Shown here one piece after another: positions 13,801 to 27,037 of a stretch of 64,000 nucleotides of DNA (the stretch's first letter is position 1; each line of letters begins with the position of its first letter). The stretch covers positions 6,262,001 through 6,326,000 of the forward strand of contig CM060732.1 in assembly GCA_030704615.1 (NCBI GenBank), read 5' to 3'. The translations under genes were made by a program, and so were the position numbers. This stretch comes from Takakia lepidozioides (Eukaryota > Plantae > Bryophyta). A model generated the notes under the pieces. That model was not told the DNA's origin. It did not search any database and saw only the letters and a program-made list of their open reading frames with translations.

Positions 13801-16800
13801 GTGGTACAGTAAGTCGTCAATCCTTCTTGCCCTGGCGGTGACAGTCCCTTTGATGTCAGCATCTCTCTCTATAGCACTCCCAATCTGGGTACAGAATGGG
13901 TACCGTTTCTACCTGCCTTCTACATGGGACTCTTCCACAAGCAGAGCCTGCCCAATGCAACGACCAGCCAGTGGCAGATCCAAAGAGGTGAGTAAGGCCA
14001 ACCATGGTTTAATGAAGTCTGTCTCTTTGTGGATGCTAGTGACCCAGCCTGGCTTTCATCATATCGAGCAAGCACACGATGTTTCAATTCAATACGCATG
14101 ATTTGTGGCAGCAGATGGTTTGCTCCAAGGTTTGGTGCGCTTGTCTCTGTGGATAAGAGATTGACTCTAGCTGCTAGATACAAAGCCTGCGATTCTGAAG
14201 TGCATTCTGAAGTTTCAACAACAGTCCACATGTAGCTTTCAAATCTAACAGTTGGTGTTGTACTAGATTATGTTGAGCATGTGCCATCATGAGCATGGTA
14301 ATTGTGAAGGTCAACTGACAAAAGTTGATTTTTGCTGGACAAGGTCATGTCACTGGCCATGATAATATGCATTGGATGTGTATTAGCTGTTGGGGTCATA
14401 ATCAGAGACTAGTACATTGAGCATGTGCCATCATGAGCATGGTAATTGTGAAGGTCAGACTGACAAAAGTTGATTTTTGCAGGACAAGGTCATGACAATT
14501 GCCATCATAATATGCATTGGATGTGTATTAGCTGTTGGGGTCATAATCTCTCTGAGTCCACTTGATGATCTCAACTACCATGGCTGGAGCAGAAACCAAA
14601 CAAGTTTCACTTCTCCGTACACGTCGTCCATCTACTTAGGATGGGCGATTGCTTCAGCATTTGCGCTGATTCTTACAGGATTCTTACCTGCAGTCTCTTG
14701 GTTTGCAACATACCGCTTCTCTTTATCTTCGGCAGTTTGTGTCGCGGTCTTTATAGGTACGGTTCAATTGATTGTATCTCTGTAGTTTTGTCGCTTTGTG
14801 TTTGACTTCGATACATGAGCTGTAGCCATTGTAATAGATGCTATGGCAGATGGCCAAAGGTTAGCACACATGTCCTAACACCACCAACTAAAGTGTGGAG
14901 ATTCTACCCTCAATCACAACTGCTAAACCAGAGTGCTGAAGGGGAATTGATGATTGGAAAAACAGGCTGATTAGCCGGGTAGTTTTTTGAAGTTCTGCCA
15001 ATTATGGTCCAGCTAAGTTTCGCTTGCTACAAGTATGCCCTGTATTTATTTGGTTGGCACATGAAAATGATCAAGCTATGTGAGAAGCCGGCAACTTTAA
15101 TACAAGAACAGCTTATTTCAAGTATGTGGAAGTTGGTCAAGAGTGAGAAGTGGTTTGTCACAATTGTTCACTTATGAAGACGTTTATTGACTGGCTTTCC
15201 TTTGCTACTTGCAGTGGTACTGGTGACTTTCTGCGGAGGATCATATGTGGGAGTGGTGCAGAGTCGTGTTGAGAAACTGCCCATCGGGGCTGATTTCCTG
15301 GCTGCATTGCTACCACTCATATGTATCCCAGCTGTATTCTTCCTTGGCTGTGGCCTCTTCAAATGGTGAGTTGGTCTAGGTTTTGGTGTTGGCTTTAAAT
15401 AGGTCTGCCTATAGAGCTGCTCTCTCTCCTATCTGTTGCAGTGTCTCTTCTGGTGTAGTGGTGGCCTTTAATGTATTTCTAAGTTCTTCCTGGAACTGAT
15501 GGCAGATATTTGATCTCTAAAATTACAGGAAAGATGAGGGCTGGAAGTTTTCTCGAGGGGTCTATGTGTTCGTGGGTGTGGGCCTCCTTCTTTTGCTCGG
15601 TGCCATATCAGCAGTCATTGCTACGATCAATCCTTGGATGGTGAGGATGTGCTTGTGTTATATTGCAATTTTTTTCTATGAGCGCAACTTCTTCTAAACT
15701 TAGCTTTCTGACTTAATGTAATTGATGGTGTTCCAAGGTTGGAGTTGCCTTCCTCCTATTTCTGCTACTAGTGGTGCTTACGATTGGTGTAATCCATCAC
15801 TGGGCGTCCCACAATTTCTACTTGACACGCATGGAGATGCTTCTGGTCTGTCTGGCGGCTTTTGTACTGGCACTGGCTGCATTTCTCGTTGGTCTCCTAG
15901 CAGGTAAAGTTTTCTTCATGCTGTCCATTTTTCCTCCCACATAAGCTCTTGCAAAAGAAGAATCTGGGAGCAAATATGTAGTAATGAAGCTGATAGATTA
16001 TGAATTCCAGCCAGACAGTTTGTAGAGAGTTTCTTAGCAGGGCAATGGAAGTGGTAGTGTGTTTCCAATGTGTAATTGTGATGAATCTTGGTTCTGACAT
16101 CTGTCTATCTGAATTTCGTCTGCAAGTTGGTTGTGTTTGTGTGCTAAATTGGGGTGCTGTCTTGTTCTTACCAGTGTGGTGTTGGTTGGATAGCTCAGGT
16201 CAGTATCATGTTTCACATCAGATCTAACTTTATCTCTTCCAGATGAACCTTTTGTCGGAGCTTCGGTTGGGTATTTTGCATTTCTGTTCCTTATGGCTGT
16301 CAGAGCCCTCACGGTAAGTACGTTACAATTATTAATATTTATCTGCATGGAGAAGTAGTTAGAAGAAAGCATTGCTGTCATCTTGATGATTTTTTGTTAT
16401 CATTGTGCTCCTGTCAGCTTTGTGAGTTGTCACTAATGATATAGTCCCACATGTATGGATGTTTTTATAGCTACAATGGTTTTTTTCACTTAATGTTGAA
16501 GTAGAACTGTTACATCTTCCACTGATATAGACTCTTGGGTTCTGACAGGTGCTCTTGTCACCGGCTGTGGTGGTTTACTCCCCGCGTGTGCTGCCTGTCT
16601 ATGTGTATGATGCTCATGCAGATTCGGCCAAGAATGTCAGGTGCATTGCTCGCTTGATTGACACTCTAAGAATATACTAAAGTAAATCAACCACTAGTAC
16701 TTTATGTCTAGATGTATGGGCACACATCCTGAGTTTTTGTTGGATGCCTTTGTGATTTGATTTTTGTAAAGAGTAACTCAACTATTAACGTTGGTGGCGG

Positions 16801-19800
16801 TCAAAATAGAGTGTGGCAGACTCGGGCTACTGTATGACTCATTTTACTTTCATGCTGATAATTATATCTCAAAAGCATTCAATCAGTAACTTTGGGTTGG
16901 GATGCATTTGCCCAGTGCTGCCTTTTTGGTTCTCTATGGCATTGCCTTAGCCACGGCAGGGTGGGGAGTGGTAGCCAGCTTGGAGATTTATCCACCCTTT
17001 GCTGGGGCAGCAGTGTCAGCCATCACTCTAGTTGTGGCCTATGGTTTTGCTGTTTCTCGTCCACAATTGACTCTAAAGGTATGTGATAGTTGACTTTTCA
17101 GTTTTTACCCCCCAACTTTGAATGGTTGTGGTTGTTAGTTTTCGCAGCTGAGCTGGTTGGTAGCATTGAGCAATGTAGTGTTGTGAAAGAATCATCTCTC
17201 TGCTTATTACTGATGTGCATTGATTTTTAACTACTAGTTCTTTGGACACAGATGATGGAGGATGCATTGCAGTTTTTGAGGAAGGAAACAATCGTGCAGG
17301 CAATTGCTCGTTCCTCAACCAAGGTACATCTTCAGAACCCTCATGGGTTGTTTGGGAGATGTTCTGCCATCTGGGTTTTTTGTTGATGGACATTTTTGGC
17401 TGGATGACATGTAATTTCAGTTGTCAGCGTGTTTTTAGAAGAAAGTTATCTTATGTTACATCATCTTTATTTGCTTATTTTCTTAATCATGTCTATTCCA
17501 TCTTTTTAACCTTGTTCAGCTCTGGCAGTCGAAGTGACTCATTGAAGATGTTGAAATATTCTTAATTTAGACTGAGTATCTTTCCATAGAAAATTTATGT
17601 TGTGATCGAAATGACTAATACGCAGTGTTTCAGACACGGAATGCCATGTCGGGGACCTACTCTGCGCCCCAGAGATCTGCCAGCTCAGCAGCAATGTTAG
17701 TGGGTGATGCGGCTATTACCCGTGACAAGGCAGGCAACTTTGTTCTGCCCCGGGCTGATGTTTTAAAGCTCCGTGAACGTCTCCGCAATGAGGAACAAGC
17801 TGCCGGTCTCTGCTGGTGGGGGTCCCGTTCAGCTTTTGTCTCTCGATATGATTCTACAGCTGATGTAGGCTACAGAAGGAAGCTATGTGCCCACGCACGT
17901 ATTTTGGCTTTAGAGGAGGCCATTGACACTGAGTGGGTTTACATGTGGGACAAGTTTGGGGGCTATCTCCTGTTGGTGCTTGGTCTTGCTGCAAGGGCAG
18001 AAAGAGTGCAGGTACCACCATTTGACATCTTAAATCCTCCATGGTTTACAGATCTTGTGATATTAATTCTTTGTCTTGCCAATATAGCTGTGGCCATCAC
18101 TCTCCGATAAGGTTGGGTTTCTCTGGTGGCAGGATGAAGTACGGCTTCGGCTGTTCCTTGACAGTATTGGCTTGTCAAATCTTAGTGCAAAGAAGATTAA
18201 AAAGTGGACACCAGAGGATCGCAAACGATTTGAAATGGTCCAAGAAAAGTATGTTCTTCTCTTCACTCAGAGGTTTGGAGTAGTCCGTCTGACTTGTTCA
18301 TCTCTGTTTCGCAAAGAACATGTTTATTTCCTGTCATAAATGTCAATGTGAGTTTCTGCTAAACGTAGTGCAGCAATTAGGACTGATTTGAAAATGCTAG
18401 GAATATTGAGGGATGTGAAACATTTTAAGGTTAGAATTTGGTGTGTCCAGTCCCGTTTTTGTGGAAAAACGGGAAGTCCTTGCCATTTTATAGAATGTAT
18501 CTTCCTTTAGAAGATATCTGTAATGGCAGATTTGCTCTTGGTTAATCAAATTGTCTTCGAGCATGGTTCCTTTTGTTTCTCTTTTTCTTTCCTGTTGGGT
18601 CATGAGTCTTCATGGAGGTGGTAGCACTCACTCTCAAACCATGGATTGTAGTTACATGCGGGAGAAGGAGTCGGAGGAGGAGCTAATGCAGCAACGACGA
18701 GAGGAGGAAGGGAAGGGAAAAGAGCGACGCAAGGCTTTACTGGAACGAGAGGAACGACGGCGTCGTGAAATGGAAGCTTCTGTGATCTCTTCTGTGCCTG
18801 ATGTGGGCAGCAAGGAAGCGGCAGCAATGGCTGCTGCTGTACGGGCAGTTGGAGGGGATGTTGTCCTTGATGAAAGCCGTCCTGGAGAGCAGGTCTCCAG
18901 CCTGGCTCGTCGCATACTGAGTGCTCAAAGGGCTCGACGTGCTCACCAGGTTTGTGACATCTGCAGACGGGCCTCTTGTTTTGCAAAGTGAGGTCTGATC
19001 TCCATAGAATTTGAACACGAACATCAGTTATTAGCTTGTGTGGGACTTAATATGGTCAACTGTTGTGTCATTTTGCATGTAGAAACTGTCTTGCCGTCAA
19101 TTGTAGGAGGTAGCCCTGTTGTTGCCATATATATGCCTACAGCATGTTGCAATTGCTTCCCTTACATTGCTGCAGTAACTGGGGACTCGTCACGCAGAGA
19201 TAATTGACTCTCGATACAGGGACAGATACATGCACATAACTGATCCAGTTGCTTCATAGTCAGATCTAGTGGATTGGCCACTTCCAACTGCTTGGTTGTA
19301 TGGTTTCTCCCAAAAATGTAAGCTTTGTAACACATGGGTTGTCTTCAGACTGGAGTGCCAGGGACTGTGTGTGTGATTGACGATGAGCCTCGCAGTACTG
19401 GCCGTCCTTGTGGGGCCATTGATCCAGCTGTCTGTGCCAGCCGGAAAGTCACCTTCTCTGCTGCTGTTCTGGTCCAGCCAGAATCAGGGCCAGTCTGTGT
19501 CTTGGGGTCTGAAGCACACCAACAGAAGTGCTGGGAAATATTAATTGCGGGTGCTGAGCAAGGCTTAGAGGCAGGGCAAGTTGGTCTTCGACTTGTTTTA
19601 AAGGGAGCTGGCCAGACAACATCCAACAAGGAGTGGATAATTGGGAGCACTTGCATTGCTGATGGAAGGTGCTAGCTCATACATCTGTGCACACCCTTTC
19701 CCCTCCCTTGTTCATACAAATTTTGGATTGTTCCGTCTGTTTAGTAAGGTGGTGTACCAAACGCTTTGTGGTAACTGCTGATGAGTGAAAGTGAGGGATA

Positions 19801-22800
19801 GTGATGAAAATGTAACTAAGTGCCCTTTGTCCAGGAGAGGACAAGAGTGTATAGTGGGATCCTTGCTAAGTTCCAGTGAAGGACTAACATATGAGATTTT
19901 TGTTTGAAATGTAGGTGGCACACCGTTGCTGTTACCATTGATGCTGATACTGGGGAGGCAACTGTGTTCTTGGATGGGAACTTTGACGGTCAACAGAGTG
20001 ACCTAGTATTGCCTGCAGAGGGTGGCATCTGGGAAGAAGGAATGGAAGTTTGGGTTGGCATCAGGCCTCCCATGGACCTGGATGCCTTTGGACGGTCTGA
20101 TAGTGAAGGAGCAGAGTCAAGAATGCACGCAATGGATGTGTTCTTGTGGGGCCGTTGCTTGTCAGAGGATGAAATTATGATGGTGCATAACAGTACCAAT
20201 GCTGACGAATATAATGACGGGGACTTACTCGATGACAACTGGCGGGGATCTCCCATGGAAACACCAATGAGGGTATGACTTCTCTTGCGAGTGTGTGATG
20301 GTTCACCCTTAGAGTGAAATGGATGTTCTGAAGAGACGTACTGAAAATAGTCCAAATGACATTTTCAACTTGTGTGTTGTTTGGAAGTTGTGCTTGCCGG
20401 CAAGAATATAAAGCCGGAGTGTGCGAAATAAATTTGATGGTAGCTGCAAAGAGGAAACCCAGTCCTTGCACTTGAAATCCAATTCCACCATGCTACTGGG
20501 CTGTGTCCTGTTGATTGGATATTGATCCACATTAAAATTCTACTCAGGGTAGCAACTGGTTCCCAGGTTGATGTCATTGGGCACAGGTGCCAACTCAATG
20601 CCAATTCTTTTAATGTTGTGCATGGCTAGCTAGTCCTGGCTTATCTGTCCATGAGACTATGAAATAGTGTTCTCATGTGCCCTGTTGTAACTTTCTCCCA
20701 GCATCTTATGGTGGTACTGTGGTGGCAGTTCGAAGATTGGGCATGTGAACCTGAGCTTGACTTGTACTATCGAGATGAAGTGTACTGGGATGAGCAGCCG
20801 GTGAATGGAGGGAAGAGAAAGACCACTGAAAAGGAGAGTATAGTGCTGGATATGGACTACTTATCAAGGAAGCTTAGACCTCCAAAAATGGAGACTCAGG
20901 AGGAAGTGACTCAGCGCATGCGAACTGTCGAATTGGCAGTGAAAGAAGCCCTTGCAGCAAGGGGAGAGACCCATTTCACTGATCAAGAGTTTCCACCAAC
21001 AAACCACTCATTGTTTGTCGATCCTGATCATCCTTTGCCTCAGCTGCAGGCAAGTTTAAGGCGCTTCTAAGCTCATGCCTCACTGATAGCGAGGTTCTGT
21101 AGTGCATTCTGTTTTGGTGTTCCTTCTGCTTTTGTGTAGATGCATTTCTAAGGACAAATGATTGAACTTCAGGTGGTAAATTCTTGGTTGCGGCCGGAAG
21201 AGGTTTTTAGGGAACAAGGCATCGACTCTCGCCCTCGTTTGTTTGCAGGCTCGGCGAATCCTTCTGATGTTTGCCAGGTTTATTTCAGGCCCTGGTCTAG
21301 CCCCATCCAGTACAGAGATCAGAAACGTATAAAGTCTATCTGTTGTATGATGTTACAAGCAAAGCTTCCAGCCAGATTCTGTATGAATTTCTACTGGACT
21401 TCTGCTTAGTCTCTTGACATTGAAATACTGCTCACCCTGACGAGCCTGCAAGTTGCCAGAGCCACAAATGTACTCGGGTTTCTGTTTTCTAGACATTCTA
21501 ATTCCGCAACATCGGTACATCTTTTGTGATCACAGGGGCGACTAGGTGATTGCTGGTTCTTGAGTGCGGTGGCTGTCTTAACTGAGGCATCACGCATCTC
21601 TGACGTCATGATCACTCCTGAATACAATGAGGAGGGTATCTACACTGTCCGATTCTGTATTGAGGTCTATCTCAAACCTGTCTTCTGTTAGGTGCACTTT
21701 GGTTTGCTTTTGATGTGATATAGAACAGATGTAAAGAGATTAGGCCTGTTTGATTACGTTTGTGGAGTGAGGAATAGAAGAGAGCATCTTTATTTAGCGA
21801 GCATGTCAAACCTTTCTTTCCAGGTCGTGGAGTTGGTTTACAGACATCTGACCCAGAGATCTGGTAATCTTTACAGGGTGAGTGGGTCCCTGTGGTTGTG
21901 GATGATTGGATTCCTTGTGAGGGTCGAGGGAAGCCAGCCTTCGCAACAAGTCGGAAGGGCAATGAGCTATGGGTCTCAATCCTTGAAAAAGCGTATGCCA
22001 AACTACATGGCTCCTATGAAGCCTTGGAAGGCGGAGTTGTTCAGGATGCACTTGTTGATTTGACTGGGGGTGCTGGCGAGGAAATCGATATGACTTCTGA
22101 AACCTCACAGCTTGATCTTGCTAGCGGCAGGCTATGGTTTCAGCTGCAGAGGTTCAAGGAGGAAGGTTTTCTGTTAGGGGCGGGTAGCCCCTCGGGATCT
22201 GACGTGCATGTTTCAACAAGTGGAATTGTGCAGGGCCATGCCTACTCTGTGTTACAGGTAATATTAGCAGATCTTATTAGTGTTTCTTTTGCATCATCCA
22301 GCTCTTCGGGGAGAAAATTTTGAAAGCCAGAATCTACTTCACCACAGAGATTGGAAGTGGGCCTTTGGTGATGGGAGTGTCCCCGCCATGCTACTCTCCT
22401 CTTGTCCCCCTTTTATCCCATATTCCCTCTGAATTGAGTTTGGAGTCCGGTCACAAGACTAATGCAAGCACAGGCCAGTGACTGTATTCTTTCTCTATGC
22501 TCTATCTTTTGTCTTACTACCAACGTCAGCCCCTGACAGAGGTAGGTTCTGTCCCTTTTGTTCCCGCTCAAACTGGGCGCGGGGTCAATGGCCACAAGGC
22601 TACGGCAAACAACGGCTTATGAGTACAATCTATGCTCTATCTTTTGATTAAACAGACTTCTTTCGTTCAAGCCACAACACATCTATCTATTTCTCTTCTT
22701 CTTTCACTGTTATTCAAGAGTCTGACTACATTCTATTGTCCCCATTCATTTTCTCCATCACAGGTTCGAGAGGTGGATGCGCACAAACTTGTGCAAATTC

Positions 22801-24086
22801 GCAACCCATGGGCCAATGAGGTTGAATGGAATGGCCCTTGGTCAGATTTGTCACCTGAGTGGACTGATCGCATGAAGCATAAACTGAAATACATTCCTCA
22901 GGTACTTCAATTTTGGGGACAGCCGAAGTCTGGTGTTTCAATTACACGAAAACTGAGCAGGACCAGCATCAGGACCCACATTAAGTCTGAACGTCTGAAC
23001 TGTCCTTCAGATGGATATAGTTGGATACAGATACCCATCTTGTGTTAGGGTCTTCTGCTCCATGAATATTAATCTACTGATATTTCCTGCTTTCATAGGC
23101 ATGGGTAGATTGACCAGTGTATGTCAGAGAGTGACACGTGATAAATGATGGCTATCTTACTGACGATAACTGTATGGCAAACCATGATTTTTTTTTTCTG
23201 TGTAGGCTGCAGATGGTGTATTCTGGATGTCATGGGAAGACTTTCAACTGCACTTTCGCTCCGTGTACGTCTGCCGGATCTATCCACCAGAAATGCGTTA
23301 CTCAATGCGGGGTCAATGGCGGGGCTCTAGTGCTGGAGGCTGCCAAGATTTTGACACATGGCACCAAAATCCACAGTTTCATCTCAAGGCTGTTGGCCCA
23401 GATGCCCGCCTTCCTATACATGTCTTTGTTACGCTCACACAGGTCCTCTCTTCCCTGATCTCTTCCCTGTCTCTCATGAGTAAATTCTCTCTTCCTGTGG
23501 GGTTTCAATGGACGATGTTATTAAGCTCCTTTCTCTCTCATTCATATTCATATGACCCTCTTGTGGACAAGTAGCCTTATTTGTTTTGGTTCAATAGGCT
23601 GACAGACTCTATCAGGGTGTGTAATTGCCAAAGGAATGGACCTTTTTGTGCTAGAGTCTGTAAGGTACATTTGAAGCTTTTGATACCCTGAACATTTGAT
23701 GCATGGCTGAGTTTTAGACAGAGATCAAGCTCTCTTACATATTGACCTGTTCCTGATGAATTTATTTTGTGTCTCAGGGTGTCCACTTTTCCTCACAGCG
23801 CCGTGCTGGCTTTGCCAACTATCAACCTGGAGGAGAAGCCTCCCGTTTCTATATCGGCATGCGCATCATCAAAACAAAGGGAAAACGTTCAGGACCCAAC
23901 ATCTATATGCATGAAGCGGTGTCAGGGACAGACTATGTTAATGCGAGGGAAATGTCTTGTGAAATGGTGCTTGAGCCTGACCCTAAAGGCTACACTATCG
24001 TTCCCACTACTTTCGCCCCTGGACAGGAAGCCCAGTTCTTGCTGTCAGTGTTTACGAAAGCTTCCATCACTTTAGAGCCACTGTAG
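7849..24086 (+). CDS. DEK1: DEFECTIVE KERNEL 1 phytocalpain (multi-TM region, LG3 linker, CysPc calpain, C2L), about 30 coding exons
   Basis: N-terminus AVNWRPWRIYSW, WWRTQWQSSR, EEAIDTEWVYMWDKFGGY, GIRPPMDLDAFGRSDSEG. Calpain triad: QGRLGDCWFLSA (about 21535-21664), QGHAYS (about 22231), IRNPW (about 22797). Ends ASITLEPL-TAG at 24086. Approximate exons: 7849-7985, 9160-9410, 9824-10006, 10284-10419, 10677-10807, 11196-11310, 11605-12589, 13057-13167, 13461-13520, 13810-13987, 14483-14756, 15214-15365, 15529-15640, 15738-15903, 16243-16313, 16549-16640, 16915-17078, 17252-17323, 17634-18011, 18133-18248, 18652-18949, 19349-19668, 19915-20272, 20729-21049, 21173-21277, 21535-21664, 21877-22257, 22764-22901, 23206-23442, 23778-24086. 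Confidence 0.98.
14273..14548 (+). repeat. Tandem duplication (about 130 bp) of a DEK1 intron/exon boundary
   Basis: 14273-14403 duplicates 14418-14548. The upstream copy reads TTTGCTG|GAC where the functional acceptor reads TTTGCAG|GAC. Confidence 0.9.
22512..22628 (+). mobile_element. 5'-truncated LINE 3' end in a DEK1 intron
   Basis: 18-bp TSD TCTATGCTCTATCTTTTG (22494-22511 and 22629-22646). The body matches the 3' end of the LINE fragment at about 28815-28917. Confidence 0.85.
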
Positions 24087-25619
24087 CTGGGGGGGACCAG
24101 CCAATGAACAAGATTGAGGCAGTGCAGACAGACAGTTGCAGTCCTTGTGCACAATCGACCAACAAGATTGGCTCTGCCAGGTCCATTCACTTCCAGGGCT
24201 TTTTGAGGTATATGGTTGTCACTTAAATCATTGTCCACTTTATTAAGTGGGGAGATACTGAGTTGTAAATAGCTGCTGATGTAGTCATGGCCATACAATA
24301 TGCTAGTTGTATGGTCAAGATATGGGGACACCAGGATATTGGGTTCTTCTTCTTGGTAGTGTGCTGGATTACATCTCTTCATGTTAGCCCACTCCGGTAG
24401 GATCTTCTGGTCTTTGTTGGTTGGACTCATAAGTCTGGCATGCCCTTTTGAGGGGGAGCCCCCAACAAGTTGTGATTGGTGATTTTGGGATCAAATCCAT
24501 TTGGTTTTTGGAGGCCCTGAATGGGGGTTGTATTGTTTTCTACTCTGATTGCAGTGTCTTAGTTTCAGCACTACGGCTCTCAAGAGAAGTATGGAAGTCT
24601 TTTGTTACTCACTCCTTGGGCTAGTCCCTCACCTCGGAGACCTGATGCGGTTATGAGCATGATTGGGCGTAGTCAGTAATCGCTCTTCCAGATTTTCACG
24701 GGCCGCCAGGCCACACTGGACATTGCTAGATGTGGTATCAGCCGCCGGACCCTCTCGAAGAAACAGGAGTAGAAACCAAGGGCCAGTGAAAGAACCATCA
24801 AGAGATGGACAGGTCGTGGACATCCAAAACAGCATGTGCTATGCCATGGTGCTGGTGGCAGCAAGAGATGCTTGTCAATATGGGAGGGTAATTCTCTGAC
24901 TCTCTCAGCATTTGCCTATGATGGGTTGGCATGTACTTCGTGGCATTATATGGGGCCTCAGGTCTTGGGCTGAGCAGTCTTTCATTTCATGCCTTCTTAA
25001 TGGATCTAAAATGGTACAGGTATGCATGCTTCTTGAAGAAAGACTGCCTCTGTAACTTGTCCTCTTCATTGTTTTCTTGTTGTGTCCCTGGGGCTCTTTC
25101 AACCTCCCACAGACTTTTTTATAATTCTGAATGCATGACTTCCTTGGATATTGATAAGAACTAGTGGGTCTGGTACAGGAATAACATCAGCTGGCAGTGC
25201 ACAACAGGAGGTCCTCTATGTTATTGCTTTAGGAAGGAAATGCTCGCTCCCTTGTTCGTCCTGTTAAAATACATGGCTCAGTGGAGTGCAGATCCAATTA
25301 AGAGTTACATGGCCCCTTTTATCAAAGGAGTGGAGTTGGCGATAAAAAATTTATTGCAGTTGAAAGTTACTACACTGTACATTTCAAAAATGAGCACAGC
25401 TCTGAGACAAAAATATCTTCTTGTATGTGTCTTGGTGTTTTGTGGTCGGCACTCGGAGTGTCAGTTGCAGAACTTGCAATTTTCTCACAAGCTGATGCCT
25501 GCTGCAAGCAAAGGCGAAGTTCAGTGCAGATTATACATTCTCATATCATCATATCTGCTTTCGCAATAAAAAGGCACTTAATTATTTTTTTAATTGTGCA
25601 GTTAGGAGTCAGGACAGTT

Positions 25620-26387
25620 CGACTGTGCGCCTTACCTCAATATCATTCCGGTTTATTGTGAGGCAGGTCTATTCTCACAGCTGTTTCCTTCTCTCTGTTA
25701 CTTGTAATGATAAACTTAGTGTTTGATGAGGGTGAATATGGATTCTGTGCTTCACATGATTCATCTGGCTCTGCACCACTCAGGATCATTTTGGTCCGAT
25801 TTGGACATAGTCCTCTGCAATCTGAGTTGAACTGTCATCTCCTGGTCACCACCTCAGCAGATTAGAGAGTAGAGCAAGGAAGCCACAAAAGGATGTCAAC
25901 TTGAGACAGCCAAAGCTACTGTCTATCAATACCATAGAATACTAGGAGGATGATTCACAAATGCAGTCTCTGCACAAGCCCATTTAAACAGATTTACCTT
26001 GAGGCTATGTAACTACCATAGCTGTCGTACTAACATGTACTCTGTTTCTTTCATTCTCCTGAAGAGATCTCGCCGGTACTCTGGCTCCTGATAATGAGTG
26101 TCTTGCAGCATACCCTCCAGCCTTGGGCTTGTTGGCCCCGATTCTGATGATCTCACACTACTCTGGCTGGACCTGGGGCTCAGACCTACTTCTGATCTGG
26201 CAGTGCCAAGATCTGATTGTGCATCACTGGGAAGAGTGAAGCGCACCCTGCTTGCAAGTGTCAATGGCGCCGTCGCTGATCCATTTGAGGAAGCCTCATG
26301 CTTCACAGGTGAGAGGGTGGGCTTAGGTGTGGCTGGCATCCCCATTCTTTCCAATTCTTCGAGTTGCACCTGAACGTCCGCCACCAT
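25620..26387 (-). pseudogene. Possible lineage-specific gene or pseudogene of unknown function (Ser/Pro-rich)
   Basis: ATG at 26387 opens MVADVQVQLEELERMG...EPEYRRDLFRRMKETEYMLVRQLW. An in-frame TAG follows, then GT-AG-like boundaries near 25997, 25850 and 25635. I recognise no family. Confidence 0.35.
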
Positions 26388-27037
26388 GGATGGTGCTCCA
26401 GATTGAGAGTTGGTGGTGACAAACACACACATGGGTTTTGCAACACCCAAACATGAGAAGAGAATGTGGAGAATGTAGAGAAATGGCTGTGGTGGAGATC
26501 CTAAGAGGTGTGAGCCACCTACTGGCCTCATGATCAAATTTCCCTCCTATATGTCCGTCCTAAAGGATGCAGTGTTCTCAATACTCTAAGCAATCAAGTT
26601 CGATTGGTAGAAATGCTATTTACAATCATTGATTATCAATCCCGCCTACTCAAATCGATCCAACTTTCAATGGTTTAGATTTACACATTATGAGTTGTCC
26701 AGAATGAGCAGTTAAGGCGCAATAATTTTGCCAGTCAAACAAAAACCCGCTATCACCAACTATTCTAGCAAGCAGCCACTTCCATTTGTCTTCATATTGC
26801 AAAAAGTCTGTCATTTCATTGTATTCAAAGCATCGGCAACTCCACTGGCGGTCCTATTTGACGACAAGACTCACCATGGCTCCAGTTGAGCCAACTTACA
26901 GACAGTGCTTAAGCACCCATCATAGCCACTGCTTTGAAAAAGCTTGGTGCATTCTGACAGCCCCTTGGGAGGGACCTCTGTTGAACAATCAACTTTGTGA
27001 TTACATACTCATGAATCGCACGTCCAAGAAATTAACC

